A stretch of DNA of 64,000 bases from Isurus oxyrinchus (Eukaryota). A model generated the notes under the pieces. The model was given only the letters and a program-made list of their open reading frames with translations, was not told the origin of the DNA and did no database searches. The stretch lies in assembly GCA_026770705.1 (NCBI GenBank), contig JANJGN010000026.1, positions 6,014,001-6,078,000 on the forward strand, given 5' to 3'. The position numbers and the translations under genes are program-made. This document shows, piece by piece, positions 13,260-26,129 of this stretch (its first letter is position 1; every line of letters begins with the position of its first letter).

Positions 13260-15720
13260 ACAGAATCGAAGAATTCTTATAGAATAGTAGGAGGCGATTT
13301 GTCTGCTTCAAGCTTACCCTCTAAAGGAGCGATTGGCCTAGTTCCATTCTTTTACCACTCGTCCAGCATTTTTCTTCCCTTTCCCGAAAATGATCCAATT
13401 CATCTTTGAAAGCATCAGTTGAATCTGCCTCCATCACACTCGCAGGCTGTCTACTCCAAATCTCAACCACACACTTCGCGAAAAGTTTGTTTTTTTAAAA
13501 AAATGTCGCCGTTGCTTCTTTCCCTCATTATCTTAAATCTATGCTCTCGTGTTCTCGAATCTTGCACCAGTGGGAACACTTTCTCCATGCCTACTCTGAC
13601 CGGACCGTCATCATTCTGGATATCTCTACCAAATCTACTTTCAAATCGAGTATGGCAAGAGAATAGAACTTAATATGGTTTTGTTGTTGTTACAAGAAAA
13701 TAACATAGTTGGAGTGCGAAAATATATTCGAATGAGTGCAACACAACTGATGCTCGCCGGGCTATAATTCGGTTAAATATGCATTTGTGTTTCATTTTCT
13801 ATGAAAGAGGCAGCAGTTAATATATCTATTTGGTCCTCAACTGAGACCATAAGACTTTAAGTAGTAAATTGCTACATGTATTACATTGCCACCGGCATGT
13901 TTGAAGAAGAGTTGTGGAAATTTAGCTGAATCAGTCCACGGCCCAGATATCATGCGTCCGAGGATTTTTTATGGAAATAAGCGAGAAATCAGCAGGTTCT
14001 CATTCATAAATCTGTGAAAAATGGTTGAATTCTTGAGACGTGCCTGGCGAGCAGATAAAATAAAATGCAGCATTTATTGTTTTTTAGGTAAAACGTTCTC
14101 AAAAGTGAGTTAGGAAACAACAGACCCTGAGTTACATCTGGTTTACCTGTGAGAATGAAAAGATTATGGGGCATGCGGAGCGAAGGAGAACATTTCATTG
14201 TAGCCAGTAAGTGCCCATGAAGGAGAGGACTTGGTTATCCAGTTGGCTGGTCAATTTGAAAGTGATTAAAACGAGATTCATAGTGCTAAGACAGACAGTG
14301 GATGTGATGCATTTGGATTCCTGTTGGCTTTCTAAACAGTTCCGCTGGAAAGGATGAAACTCTGGGAGAAATTTCGCCACAATCACATTGGGAATGCAAG
14401 GGAATCTGAATTAGTTGACTGATAGATTCCAGATTGTAATGATACAGGGATTGTATTCGGACTGGAAGAAAGTTAACGGTGGGATCCCACATTGTTCTGT
14501 TTCATTCCTCATTTGTTTAACGTGGTAATAAACGACCCGGTAGTAGAAGCCAGAAGAACAATGCTTACACCTGCAGGGTGAGAAAAGGCAAATGAAGATG
14601 ATCGGTTCACAGCTGATCAGGATAAGTTATGGGCGGATTTCAATGCTTGAAAAATGGGCAGAAAGGCAATGGACAGCAATCCTCGGTAAGGAATTTAAAG
14701 TTTGTCATGTGAAGATAAGGAATTAAGGAAGGAAATATCACATATGGAAAAAAATAACCTGCATGGAAAACGAAAAAATAAACTGGTTGCTGACTGACAA
14801 GAGTTGAATGTATTTCAACAATGAGCAAAGCAAATGAGGCCCTGGGACAGACACAGATTTCCTCTCTCAACGCTTCCTGACGCCTTCCCTGGCATAGTGC
14901 CAGCCTTGCCACCTTCCAGCCTGCTTCAAATGGATCTGGAAATTTCAGGTTAATATTCCACTTGGTGTTCAATCTATGGAGTACACTCTCGAAAACGTGG
15001 AAAAATTTAATATTGATTCTTACAGGAACACAAGATTAGGAGCAGGAGTAAGCGCCATGGCCCGTCAAGCTGCTCTGACTTTCTGAACTTGGGCTCCAAC
15101 TCCATGCTCCCGCCCTTTGCCCATACCCCTTAAATCCCCGAGACACTGTAACTCTGCCTATCCCGTCATTAAGTGGATGGAGAATCCAGAAGCCTCTGGG
15201 GTAGAGAATCCCAAAGGTTCACGACCCTTTGATGGAATCAATTTCTTCCTATTTCAGACCATTATGATCCACCGCTTATCCTCTGACGTTCCCGGTGTTT
15301 TCGGTTCTCCGACCAGCGGAAACAATCTCTCAGCCACCCTATCAAGCCGTTTCAGGATTGTATATGTTACTGGGTAGAGCCTTTCCTTCTTCAAAACCCC
15401 AGAGAATATGTGGGCAATTTACTCAGCCGCTCATCATATGTCAGCCCCCTTATCCCAGGGACCAATTTAGCGAACGTTCTCTGCACTGTTTCGAATGCAA
15501 TTGTTTACGACCTTTAATATGGAGATCAAAACTGGACACAGCACTTCCAGATGTGGTCTCATCAAAATAATTACAGGAAGAGCGTTTCACTCCTGTCACC
15601 TAATCTCCTTGCAATATAGGTCAACATGTCATTTGCTTTCCTAATTTTTATTGTACCTGCTAACTTCCTGCGTTCTTTTTACAAGCAAAACCAAGTCTTT
15701 TTGCGCATCAATATTTACGA
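13260..15720. mobile_element. Patchwork of decayed CR1 fragments (both strands)
   Basis: Minus-strand 3' ends at ~13260-13650 and ~15020-15720; plus-strand RT-like remnants at ~13930-14760. Confidence 0.6.
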
Positions 15721-16724
15721 CATTTGAATCTTTTAAAAATGTTCTTTTTTATTCTTCGGACAAAATTAGTTTTTTTTCTGCTCTTACAACCATATTTACA
15801 AAGAAAATAAAACAGCTTTAATTCATGGGATTCATTTTTGAGATACAACTTTTGAGTGACTTTATATATGGTGAGTTGGTATTGGTTGATATTTCCTTGG
15901 ACACTCCACAGCTGGAGTTCTGTAATTTGATATCTGGTTTGCTGTAGACTGGTTAAACGCGATATATTGCGGCAATTTGTCAAACCCTCCATTATCATGT
16001 CTCATTGGAATACAGGATAGTGGAAAGTGAACGAGACCGGAGTGCAGAGTCGAGACTGAAGGCGATTTGTTGCAATAATTTGAAAAATTATTTTTTTTAA
16101 ACAATTTTAGTGTATATTCTGCACATCCATTTAAAAAGAGGGGTATTTTGTTACGTTGATTCGAATTTGTTGGCTGACAATAGTAGTGTCGTTCTAATTG
16201 GTCTATGAAAACATTAGATTGTGAACTTGAAGCCGTTTTTTTTTACTTTTCTCCGGCAATTCCATTGTTCCGATATTTCTGGACACGGTGCCACGTGATT
16301 GCACAAAAATTGATGGGTGAAGTATCTGTTTCCATTTCAGAGCATACCCTACCTTTAAAGATCCGAAACATTCCCAATAAGGATATTAATGTTCCATCAT
16401 TATTTAGGTAAACTCTGATATCCAATAATGGGTTAGAGATCGGATATAATGACTTCTGCATGAATCTGGGCCCTTGGAGCTGATAGGGATCTACCAGGCT
16501 TGAGTTAGCACAGGGAGGGTAACCGCAAACTAGCTCAGAACTGATTACAACACTGAAATGTGCTGCGATTCGGGTCTCTTGAAACATTATAAAATTCCGA
16601 GGGTGGGTAAGGAACTCAAAGCGAGTGACTACGCATATATGAGGGTTCGGGGTGTATAAGATGGGCAAGAACAGAAAAAAATGTGGAAGGAAGTGTGGAA
16701 TTCTTATTGGATTCTGCTGTTTTT

Positions 16725-17626
16725 TTATAATTTAAAAATCTTAACCATTAGACTCAATGGGTATTTTGCTGCAATCTTTAACTCTTCTCTGAATTTACTT
16801 TGGGTCCCTGCATAAATAAACGGGTTGGTGCAGGAAGTCAATAACTGAAGCCTGAATCCACTTTCGTCGAGAATAAAATTTGATTCCTTGAAGTTTGACC
16901 CTGAGAAGTAACTAACACTCGCGATTCACACATAGAGGAACGTTATAAGAACTAAGGCATATAAGAAACTGCCTGAGATGGCAAAGAGTAAAACCGTGGA
17001 CATCCTCCGCTTCTCCATCTCTGGGTCACTCTGATTCTACCCATCGCTCTGGGCCCGAAATCTCCTGCGGACTCTACTGGCCGCGAAAATGTGTCTGACT
17101 GTCAGAGCATTCAGCAACAAGATCAGAATGAATGGGAGACAAGGAGCTATAATGTGCTGAATCCAGTCAAATGCAGCGCATGCAGCTGACGTATAAAATA
17201 TTAATTTTATGTTGCAGAACCAGGGTATTTTGTTAACTGTATTCAAAGTATCATATATAAAATGTAAGTAGGTATTTTTGACAAAGCTCAGTAAACAAAC
17301 TATCACGACAACCCGGTCCGCCGTCTTCACAGTGCAATGTTTTACTTTCAGCCTCTGGCAATAAATGGCCACAAATCTATCAAAGGTGAAAGCGACCATG
17401 AAACAAACTGAACAGTCCATGATTACATAATTTAGGGGAGACCTGAAACTGCACACCGGTGTGATGCTCAGGAAGCTAACAGGGAAATAAATCCCAGCAA
17501 TCCGGTTTAATACCATGGAGGTAACCGTGACAAGGAAATCCATCACCATGGACACCAGGTAGTAAATGATACATCAGGATAGGCCACATCTTCCGTGAGA
17601 CAGGATCACAGCCACTGACCAGTTAG
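16725..17626 (-). pseudogene. GPR139-like orphan GPCR pseudogene (exon 2)
   Basis: Acceptor TTACAG|CTAAC is identical to that of the intact gene. Translation ANWSVAVILSHGRCGLS*CIIYYLV...FTFDRFVAI...DPEMEKRR...CTNPFIYAGTQSKFREEL. In-frame stops at 17574-76, 17037-39 and 16926-28. Exon 1 not found. Confidence 0.92.
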
Positions 17627-18237
17627 CTGTAACAGAGAGACAGGAAGAGAAAATGGGAGAGGGAAAGAGGGTGAATGCGTGTAAGAGGGCTAGAAAAGGA
17701 ATGGTACTGATCTGCGCCGCAGGAAATTTGTCTATTTTTCAGGTTTTTATTAACCTTACACCTTTGGCATGCGATGCCTAGCATATTGCCTAAGCTACGG
17801 GCACTTGTTTCTGTGTTTGTAGTAACCATCCACATTATAAATAATAAGTATCAATCACTTCGGGCTGTGTAATATTACAATGAAACATAAAGAGACCAGA
17901 AAAACAACAAAAACCCAATGATACGAACACGGAATATACAATAGAAGCGAAAAATAACATTTTAACACAATATGGGAGATATTGAAGAGATATTAATGAT
18001 ACAACAACCGATGACAACAGTGGAACCTTACACGACAATAGCAAAATTATTTGAATATGGAACGAATTATATCATTCTGAAGATCTAAAACGCTTTCCCC
18101 AAGTTATTTGCTGTTAAACATTTCACTGCTGGAAAAATTGGCTATCAACTTGGTTGAAAAGATTCCCAAAGGGAGGAAACTAATGGGCAATGAGCTATTT
18201 AGGACTGTGCAGATGATGCTTTGGTGATGACACAGTC

Positions 18238-18310
18238 TTAACTCCTGGGTGTTAACTCCTGGGATGTTAACTCCTGGGGTGTTAACGCCTGGGGTGTTAA
18301 CGCCTGGGTC
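18238..18310 (+). repeat. 15-bp tandem repeat x5 (TTAACTCCTGGGGTG)
   Basis: Direct reading. Confidence 0.9.
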
Positions 18311-18559
18311 TTCTCCTGATAGTTATCTGGGATTTTCGTTTTGCAGCTGAACCATCGGATCTTACAGTGGCTGATATTTCATTCTGGGGCAGGGCCCTCC
18401 GAGAATACAAAACTCTCTCAGGACTGCGCTGTCTGGCGGGATAAACGATCAATATAGTTCTATAGTGAATATTGAACTGAAAAAGACAGTAGCACTCCGA
18501 TTCAAGGATTGCCAAAAGGAATGCAGCTTAACACAAATGTGTGTGTGTGTTTTATTTTG

Positions 18560-20090
18560 GATCTGCATTTCGCTGGTAGCCAATTATTTATTGATCATCA
18601 TTACATTCCTTTGAGCAGGCAGTGTTAGCCGCTGCCTTATTCAATTAAATGGCGTGTTCAGCCATTTCAAAGGTCAATTTCCAGGACTGTAATGCCTTCA
18701 TTATTTTCTGCTCTGTTACTGGAACAGTAATCCAGAAGCCTGGAGTAATGTAGCAATGCTCCAGATACATTACTTCATCAATTCTTTGACAAATGCTGGG
18801 GAAATTAAAAGTTCAAGTAATTAATAAGTGCCAGAAAATTACCAAATCCTATTATAGAGATTCCAACTGACCAAAGTCCCTGTGACATTCAATGCATTAC
18901 CATCGCTGAATCCTAAACTATCAACATTCTGGGGTTTACAATTGAACAGAAACTGAAATACTCTACCAATACTGTGGCTATAAGAGGAAGTCAGAGGCCG
19001 AGGATTCTGAGGCACCCCAAAACCTGCCGACAATCTGCAATCCACAAGTCAGGAGTGTGATGGAATACTCTTCAATTGCCTGGATAAGTGCAGCTGCAAC
19101 AACACTCAAGAAGCTCTACGCCAGCGGAGTTAAGTCAGCCAGCTTGATCGGCATCACATTCATCAAATTTAATGCTCATTCCATCTAACAGCGACGCACA
19201 GAGTCAATAGTGTCTACTACTTACAAAATGCACTGCAAACCTCCTTCGACAACATCCTGCGACCTCTACCACCTAGGAGGGGAAGAGCAGCGGATGCATG
19301 GGAAAACCAGCACCTGGAGGTTCCATTCCAACCACACACCACATTTACATGGAAATACATTACTGTTCCTTCGCTGTCGGTGAATCAAAATGCTGTAGCT
19401 CTTTTCCAAACAGTTTAGCGGCTAGGAATGGTGCGGCAAATAACCCACCTCCTGACTCCCTAAAACCTGTCCAACATCTACAAGGCACAAGTCAGGAGGG
19501 TGATGGAATACTTCCCATTTGCCTGGATGAGTGTAGCTCCCACAACACCCAAGAAGCTTGACACCAAAAAAAAACAAAGCAGCCCGCTTGCTTGACACCA
19601 CATCCACAAACATTCACTCCCTCCATCTTCAACGCACTGTAGCAACAGTGTGTGCCATCTACATAATGCCCTGCTGGAATTCGCCAAGGCACCTTCGACA
19701 GCACCTTCCAAGCTCACGACCACAACCATTTAGAAGGACAATGGCTGCAGATAGGTGGGAACACCACCAACTGGAAGTTCCCTTCCAAGTGACTTACCAT
19801 CCTGACTCGGAAATACATCGCCGTTCCTTCACTGCTGCTGGGTCAAAATCCTTGAATTCCCTTCCTCACAGCACAAGGGGGTATCTACAACACATGGGCT
19901 GCAGTGGTTCAAGGAGGCAGCTCACCGTCACCATCTCAAGTGCAACTAGGGCAATAAATTTTGGCCTGGCAGTGAAGCCCACATTCCATGAATGAATAAC
20001 GAATATTAGGATCTGTGGGTTTACTTACAGCACGAGGTCTGCAGCGGTTTGAGAAGGTGGCTCACCGCCAATAAATCCATGCCATTATCC
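18560..20090 (+). mobile_element. Cluster of LINE (second family) 3' ends in tandem plus a SINE remnant
   Basis: Two successive copies of CAAGTCAGGAG.GTGATGGAATACT...AACAC.CAAGAAGCT (~19045 and ~19488), matching 63790-63870. SINE-like CAGTAATCCAGAAGCCTGG at ~18725. Confidence 0.75.
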
Positions 20091-20585
20091 TAGACTTCCC
20101 CAGTAATTAAAATTCAGGTGACACTCTCTGTGGAAACGGGTGTTGTAATCCCACCACAGCCATTTTTTTTTCTTTATTTGCATTTCAGTAAACGACGTTT
20201 CAAAGAGAAGTACCAGGTTCAATTTCAATGCAGTGAAGTTATTTATATTTTATTTCGATAGGAAGAACGAGGAGAGGCAATAAAAATATGAATTGCTGTC
20301 GTGGGGTTGGAAGGAGCTGAATTGCCCTTCTCGAGAGCTTGAATGGACACGGCGCTGGCCGAGTGTCTGGCTTCTCTTCTGTAGACATCTTTGATTTTAT
20401 TCCAAGGACATCAAAGCAAGTATGTTGTTAAATGCATGCATGTTACTAAGCGGAAAATGATTGAAGTTCTCACATGAACTTCTTAAAAGTTGATGAGAAT
20501 GCACGAGGGTTGAATGGTCATTCTTGATTTTTTCTTTAATGTTCTAATTCAGCACCAAGACAATGGGTGCTTTCAAGCTGACTGT

Positions 20586-20666
20586 GGTGACGTGGCCGAG
20601 TGGGTTAAGGTGCTGTTTCAGGCTTTAGTCTCTGTGGTGATGGCAGCTCGACTGCCACCATTGTCA
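20586..20666 (+). pseudogene. Decayed tRNA-Leu gene
   Basis: GGTGACGTGGCCGAGTGGGTTAAGGTGCTG..CAGGCTTTAGTCTCT..CTCGACTGCCACCATTGTCA is collinear with vertebrate tRNA-Leu (GGTAGCGTGGCCGAGCGGTCTAAGGCGCTG...). B-box and stems are broken. Confidence 0.75.
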
Positions 20667-20876
20667 AATTTTGGGGTATTTTGTTACTATGAAACTCAAA
20701 GGGTCAACGTGAGCACAAGGTGCAGTTGACTTGCGTGGTCTTGTACTTCGGTTCAAAGAATGAGGAAAGGCAATTTTAATTACTGGGGAAGTCTGGGGTA
20801 ATGGCATCGATTCAAATTTGTTATTTCCTCATATCCAGTATATTGTTTTATACAAACAGTATGGGGTAAGCATCAA

Positions 20877-20958
20877 TTAGGCATGGTCAAGTGGTGAAGG
20901 TAATGAATTTGAAAGCAGTAATGGTTTTCTCATGCAGGTTCGAATGTTGCATCACCTG
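20877..20958 (+). pseudogene. Decayed tRNA-Ser(TGA) gene
   Basis: CATGGTCAAGTGGTGAAGGTAATGAATTTGAAA...TGCAGGTTCGAATGTTGC matches the tRNA-Ser layout, with a long variable arm. Confidence 0.75.
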
Positions 20959-22105
20959 TTACATCATTCGTGATTTTAACAAACTCTCTGCGGAATTAGA
21001 TGTCGATCAAATGGAATAAAACACATCCAAACCTGCTCCTGTTTCTTATTTCCGCTCGTCTGCGAAAATTCATTCAATTGTTGGGAATGTAAGAAGAGTT
21101 ATCCAAGTTGGTGGCATCGTTGCTTTTAGAGCGTTTCTCTCTACTTCGGCCTCAGTCTGTGTCGGTGTATAAGTCTGTGTCATTTTGGGTCAGTTCCCCA
21201 AGGGATTGAACTCATATTTTCAGCCCAGCTCTTCGTGTCATTGGGTCAGGGAAACTTTGTTAATTTGTGTACACTGTGAGCGGGCACCTCCACCTGTTTC
21301 AATATTGTTTTTGTAACTCAGTTTTCGGAAGAGAATTGGACAATGACGTGAGAGATGAAAACTCAGGGCTATGGAGAAAGAAAAAGATATTGAGTAGAAC
21401 TGGACAGCTTTTTGAGAGAAACTGGCATAGATACGGTGGGGCGAATGGCTTCCTAATGTGCTGTGCTATTTTACCATTCCATTTCTATGTCAATTTCTCT
21501 GCAGCATTCCAGGAAATACCACCCCAATTCTATTTCTGCAAATCAAGACCTTAAGTGCAACATTATTACACAGATTGAATTTCGATAACAATCTCTTTGG
21601 CAATCTTGCCTTTTAAGCTACATAACCTAGCAGCAAAAGTGTTCAAAAAATGTCCACAGAATGAGAAGCAGGAAAAGTTTATGACACACAGAACAATTAA
21701 AGTGATGAAAGTGTTGATTGTCACTCGATAGGCTGATCAGCGTTTCTCACAGTCTGCAGCAACAGTGAATGTGTTTATTTAATCAGATTAACATCATTAT
21801 TCACCGACTCACAGGGTGACTGAGGGCAATATGGGCTCCTTAAAGATAATGAAACCAGTATTAAAATATTACTTTTAAACATTAAACCTTGAAATAAGCC
21901 CTGCAAATAGATTGCAATGTTTGAAAGGAGGTGCAGCTAAGAGGTGGAAGATATGAATGGTGTTATTGAAGATTGAAAGGAATGCATTGCCATCTTTGGG
22001 CTTTTGAAGATCAATAAACTTTGAAATTCAGAACAAGCTGAGGCTTCAGGTGGAAAACAATATTTATCTCCATGCACTTTAGGATGGATTTCGTTTTTCA
22101 TGCAT

Positions 22106-22178
22106 TCCCGGCTTGCTGAGTTGGTCACGCGTGCGACATTTAAAATTATGTCCGTGGATTCGAGCCTTGTGTTCGGCA
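22106..22178 (+). pseudogene. Decayed tRNA-Lys gene
   Basis: 73 nt: TCCCGGCTTGCTGAGTTGGT...GACATTTAA...CGTGGATTCGAGCC..GTTCGGCA, versus GCCCGGCTAGCTCAGTCGGT...CGTGGGTTCGAGCC..GTTGGGCG. Confidence 0.7.
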
Positions 22179-22719
22179 CTGTTGAGGTTTAAGCACTCCT
22201 GCTTCCATGGGTGAACACCAGTTTTCCATCCTCCGGCGGTGTCACCGCTTAAAGTGAGACTTTCCACATCCTGGAGTTAATGCAGCTCCGTTCACTGGAA
22301 ATGTGAAAGACATGTTTGACGACGCGGCTCAATGTACAATGAGTGATGACACTTTAAAAGCAGCTGCAGTTCTACTCAAGCCCGTGTACCAGCAAAGCTG
22401 CTCAGTGTCCCAGAATTAGAAGGGTGACTTCCTGTGGGAATAATAGAGGCATGTCCACGTTAAACAGGTTCTAGCAGAGAATGATCTGATGCATGAGATC
22501 AGAGGAGAGAAATTTGGAACTCCCTCTGAATGTTATCCAAGATAAAATGGAGATTTTTTTTCCTGTGTGACTTGTGTGGGTTTGATCAATGAAATGTTAA
22601 TTCTCGATAACAGGGGGAAAGAGTTGAGAGTTTTCAGTTTGGGACAGAAGTCATCTGGGTTAACGGGGAATCAAAGCATTCACCAAGCAGAGACAGCTGA
22701 CTAATACAGAATGGCTCTC

Positions 22720-22995
22720 CCATCTTTTGTTCCTTTACTTGTTCCATATACATCTCCTTTTGTATTTCCCCATCATCCCTTCTCTTATTGAATCTCTCCT
22801 GCCTTCCATCCTATTCCAGACCTTCCCTTTTGTTGTTTCCTCCACTCCCCCTTTCACTCTGGATTTGTTTCAAACCTGTTACATCTCAAACCTTTCTCCA
22901 GTTCTGATTGAAGATCACCGACCTGAAACGTTAACCCTGTTTCTCTCTCCTGCGTTGCCATCTGACCTGTTGAGTATTTCCAACATTTTCTGATT
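22720..22995 (+). mobile_element. Non-autonomous Penelope-like terminal fragment with degenerate hammerhead motif
   Basis: AGTT-CTGATTG-AAGATCACCGACCT-GAAACGTT-AAC (22900-22935), followed by TGTTTCTCTCTCC...GACCTGTTGAGTATTTCCAACATT, the PLE terminus also seen at 52215-52316. Confidence 0.7.
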
Positions 22996-23108
22996 GTAAA
23001 ATCAGCAGTCACTCAGTAAAAAGAAAAAGGGAAGGCCTGTAAAGGAGATCAAGGCAGGATGGTTTAACTGACACAGGGTATAATGGACATTGAGCTGGTG
23101 ATTCTGGA

Positions 23109-23180
23109 GCCCGGGTGGTCTAGTGGTTCATAGCCAACACGTTCACCGCCATGACCTGGCCTCGATGACGGGTGACAAAT
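23109..23180 (+). pseudogene. Decayed tRNA-Glu(TTC) gene
   Basis: GGTGGTCTAGTGGTT....GTTCACCGCCATGACCTGGCCTCGAT, versus tRNA-Glu GGTGGTCTAGTGGTTAGG...TCACCGCCGCGGCCCGGGTTCGAT. Confidence 0.7.
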
Positions 23181-23384
23181 GGTTAACTAAACCGGCAATG
23201 TTGTTGGAGAAACTTGTCTGTGGTGCAAGTGACCTGAGGGAAGCAATGGTTAAAGTGATGGTTTTCAGCTAATTGGCAGCCGCCATTTTTGGCATGCTTG
23301 TTGGTCTAATGTATAGGATTTAGCGCTGTCAATGCTAAGGCCTGAATTCGATTAACAGCCTTCTTCCACTGTGTAAATTGTCAC

Positions 23385-23625
23385 AATTAAAAAGAAATCC
23401 TTAGCGAATGAAGCCAGGTCTGGCAGCGTCTGTGGAGTGAGAAACAGCGTTAATTTTCCAGCTGGATGATCTTTCATCAGAGCTGGAAAAGTCAGAGATG
23501 TAACAGGTGGAAAACAAGCCCAGAGGCGGAGAGAGGGAAGTGAAAGGACAAAAGTGAAGGACTGTGATGGGTTACAAGGCATGAGAAAGAAACGGACTAA
23601 AGGGATGATTGTGCAAAATGTGCGT
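23385..23625 (-). mobile_element. Non-autonomous Penelope-like terminal fragment
   Basis: Minus strand CTGATGA-AAGATCATCCAGCT-GGAAAATT-AAC...CCACAGACGCTGCCAGACCTG; inverted relative to 22720-22995. Confidence 0.7.
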
Positions 23626-23947
23626 GGGAATGTTGTAGATTTTTCTTCCTGCTGTTCAAACTGGGACAAATATCACTCCTTGTCAACCAATCACAATTGC
23701 TCTTTGAAGTAGTACGCTGGGCCGAATGGCCGATTTCTGTGTTGTAACTTTCTATAATTGTTTCATTTCCACCCTCACTGCTACTGCCTTCACTGTCATT
23801 CTATCACCAAACAACCAGGTCCAGCAAAATCCACCTTCTTCCCTTCTGCTCAGCTCCTTTGACGTCATGGGACTGAATAAATTCAGCGAGAAGTTCTTTT
23901 TGTCATTTAGCATGAGTTTCGGAATCAGATCTGCGAGATATTTGTGT

Positions 23948-24118
23948 CGGTGAAAACAGTAAAACCTCCCCCACTACCGCTAGATTTTGCCTTGAAACAT
24001 CATCGCTATAGTCAGTGCTATACCGCCCATCACAGCCCTTCACGCAATCCGTATCTTCACCTCGGCATTTGTCCTGGACCTGTTCGAACTGTGACATTTC
24101 CAGCTCTCAGGCGAAACG
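23948..24118 (-). ncRNA. Possible highly decayed U1 snRNA pseudogene
   Basis: Minus strand GCAAAATCTAGCGGTAGTGGGGGA versus U1 GCATAATTTGTGGTAGTGGGGGA. Weaker collinear matches (TTCGCCTGAGAG, GCCGAGG, ATTGC) over ~170 nt. Confidence 0.3.
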
Positions 24119-26129
24119 TCAAATCTCACTGCTCCGATTCTGGTTGAACTGATATGACTTTTCTGTTTTTAATCAGGAAATAATCCACGCTCCAGGTGCT
24201 GAGAATCCAAATTCAAAACAGAGGATTTTGTCCGCAGTCTCTCCGAATCATTTCCAGTGCTTTTGCTGCCTAGCGTGTCAGATGGAACACAAGATTTGTG
24301 CTCGATGAGATTTATGTGCCAGATGTACTCCAGTACCTAAGACGCACCCCATGGCTTGTGCCAACTGTCCAAGATTTGTTATATATCTGCTCGGTGAAGT
24401 CTCTACCTTGCGTGAGTTTAATAGGTCAAAGTAGAGGGAACTTTGCTCTTTATCTAACCCGTGATCTACAAACCGGGAAATTGTTTAACGGGGTAGGTAA
24501 AAGAAGTGTCCTTCCTCTATATACAGTCCTGCATCGTCCTGCGATGAAGCATTTCCATTGTTAATTTGAATCACCTGTTCTGTAACTGCGAGGGGCCAGA
24601 GAACGAGTGAAATCACCGAGGTTCTCCAAGCTGCATGTTACGATAAAAAGGCTAAGTTAAACTTTTTTATGCTGATGGCCTCGGGTTTAAACACATCCAT
24701 GACAGGACTGGAGAAAAATGCCTGTCTGGGAAATGGAGAGAAACTGCATTCGGGAAAGTGGAGCGATGTCGATGGGACTCGGAGAAAGGGATTAAGCAAA
24801 GTCATAGTTTGCCAATTTTCATTTATTAACAATTTCACAGAACATCTTACAGGATAAGCCTATTTTAAAGATAACAGAAATGAATATAATGATTGAGCCT
24901 CACATTGGGAACAGAACACCTGTGCTCTAACCAACCAACGATATGAAATACTGTAACAGACCCCAGAAAGAGGGAACAACGCTCAACCTAAAGGAAAGGG
25001 AACGATAATAAATAAAGAATGAGAACATTTACTTATTTACAAATGGAAATCTAACTGAAAGGAAATTATTGGATACAATTACATTAAAGCCAGAAATTAT
25101 CTCATGCATTTCAAATAGGGAAAATTAAATGTCCCCGTGATTGTCTCAGTTACAAATTCGGAATAATAAACTGAAGGCATTCCGTTGTTAGAGCCACCAA
25201 GAGGACATATTTTAAACTCGGAACACGGACATCTTCATAGACAGCTGAGGAAAATGACTGCTTCCGAATTTCAGCCAATCACTTGACCTGTAAAAGAGTG
25301 AGAAAATAGTGAAGCACAGGTCACTAATCAGGAACATTCACGTTAGAGGTTTTCATCACTGAAACATTTAAAAATGTTTTAAATCGCTTCTATCAGATTG
25401 ATGTGTGAGTGGATTGAATCTTCTCACCTTTAGCAAAGTGACGGCAGCGCTTTAGGCCGCGCTCAAGACGAACAGGACAATGATTGTGGAAGCGTTGTCC
25501 AGATGTTGCCCTTATCGTCCTCACAGTCGTCAATCCAGATGCGGTCTGTGCAATATACAGGGTTATAACCGAGGAAATATATACAATATGTTCTATACAT
25601 ATATACATGACATGAAGACAATGTATTTACATTGTCTTTTTCTCTTCATTAAACTATTCGTTTATTCAGTAATTTAAGTGAAAATAAATAACATTTGCTA
25701 AGTTCGTGACGCTCACCAAACTATCTTTGTCACTAACTCCACAGTTGTTCTTCATTTACATTCTTCATGCTGCCCGTGTTTGAATATGTAGCCATTTTAA
25801 TCCAACTTCGGGATATTGTCAATCAATTTCGCAAAATTGGCGAATATGATAATGGATTTCGAGCGAGATTCACTGGCCAGTGAAGATTGTTTTAACTTAT
25901 TTGGAAATTGTGAATGTTATCGTCTAAGAGCTCTAATGTAAGTTCTCATCTTGTTTGTTGATTTGTGATGGAAATGTGTGGAACATCAATAACTTAAAAA
26001 CATTTCTAAATAAAACATTACTTCAGTGTGTTTGTTGGGTCTGTTTGCTTTAGGAACAATTATTGGAGGATATGTTCGTTGAAAACAGTACTTTGAATCG
26101 TACCTTTATCTTAAGCCTGCGTTTGAGTT

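Noticed and set aside
17876-17915. Perfect RSS nonamer ACAAAAACC at 17907
   Set aside because: No CAC heptamer at 12 or 22/23 bp; lies in an A-rich GPCR intron.
25400-25470. tRNA-like sequence on the minus strand
   Set aside because: Only fragmentary A/B-box resemblance; isotype not assignable.
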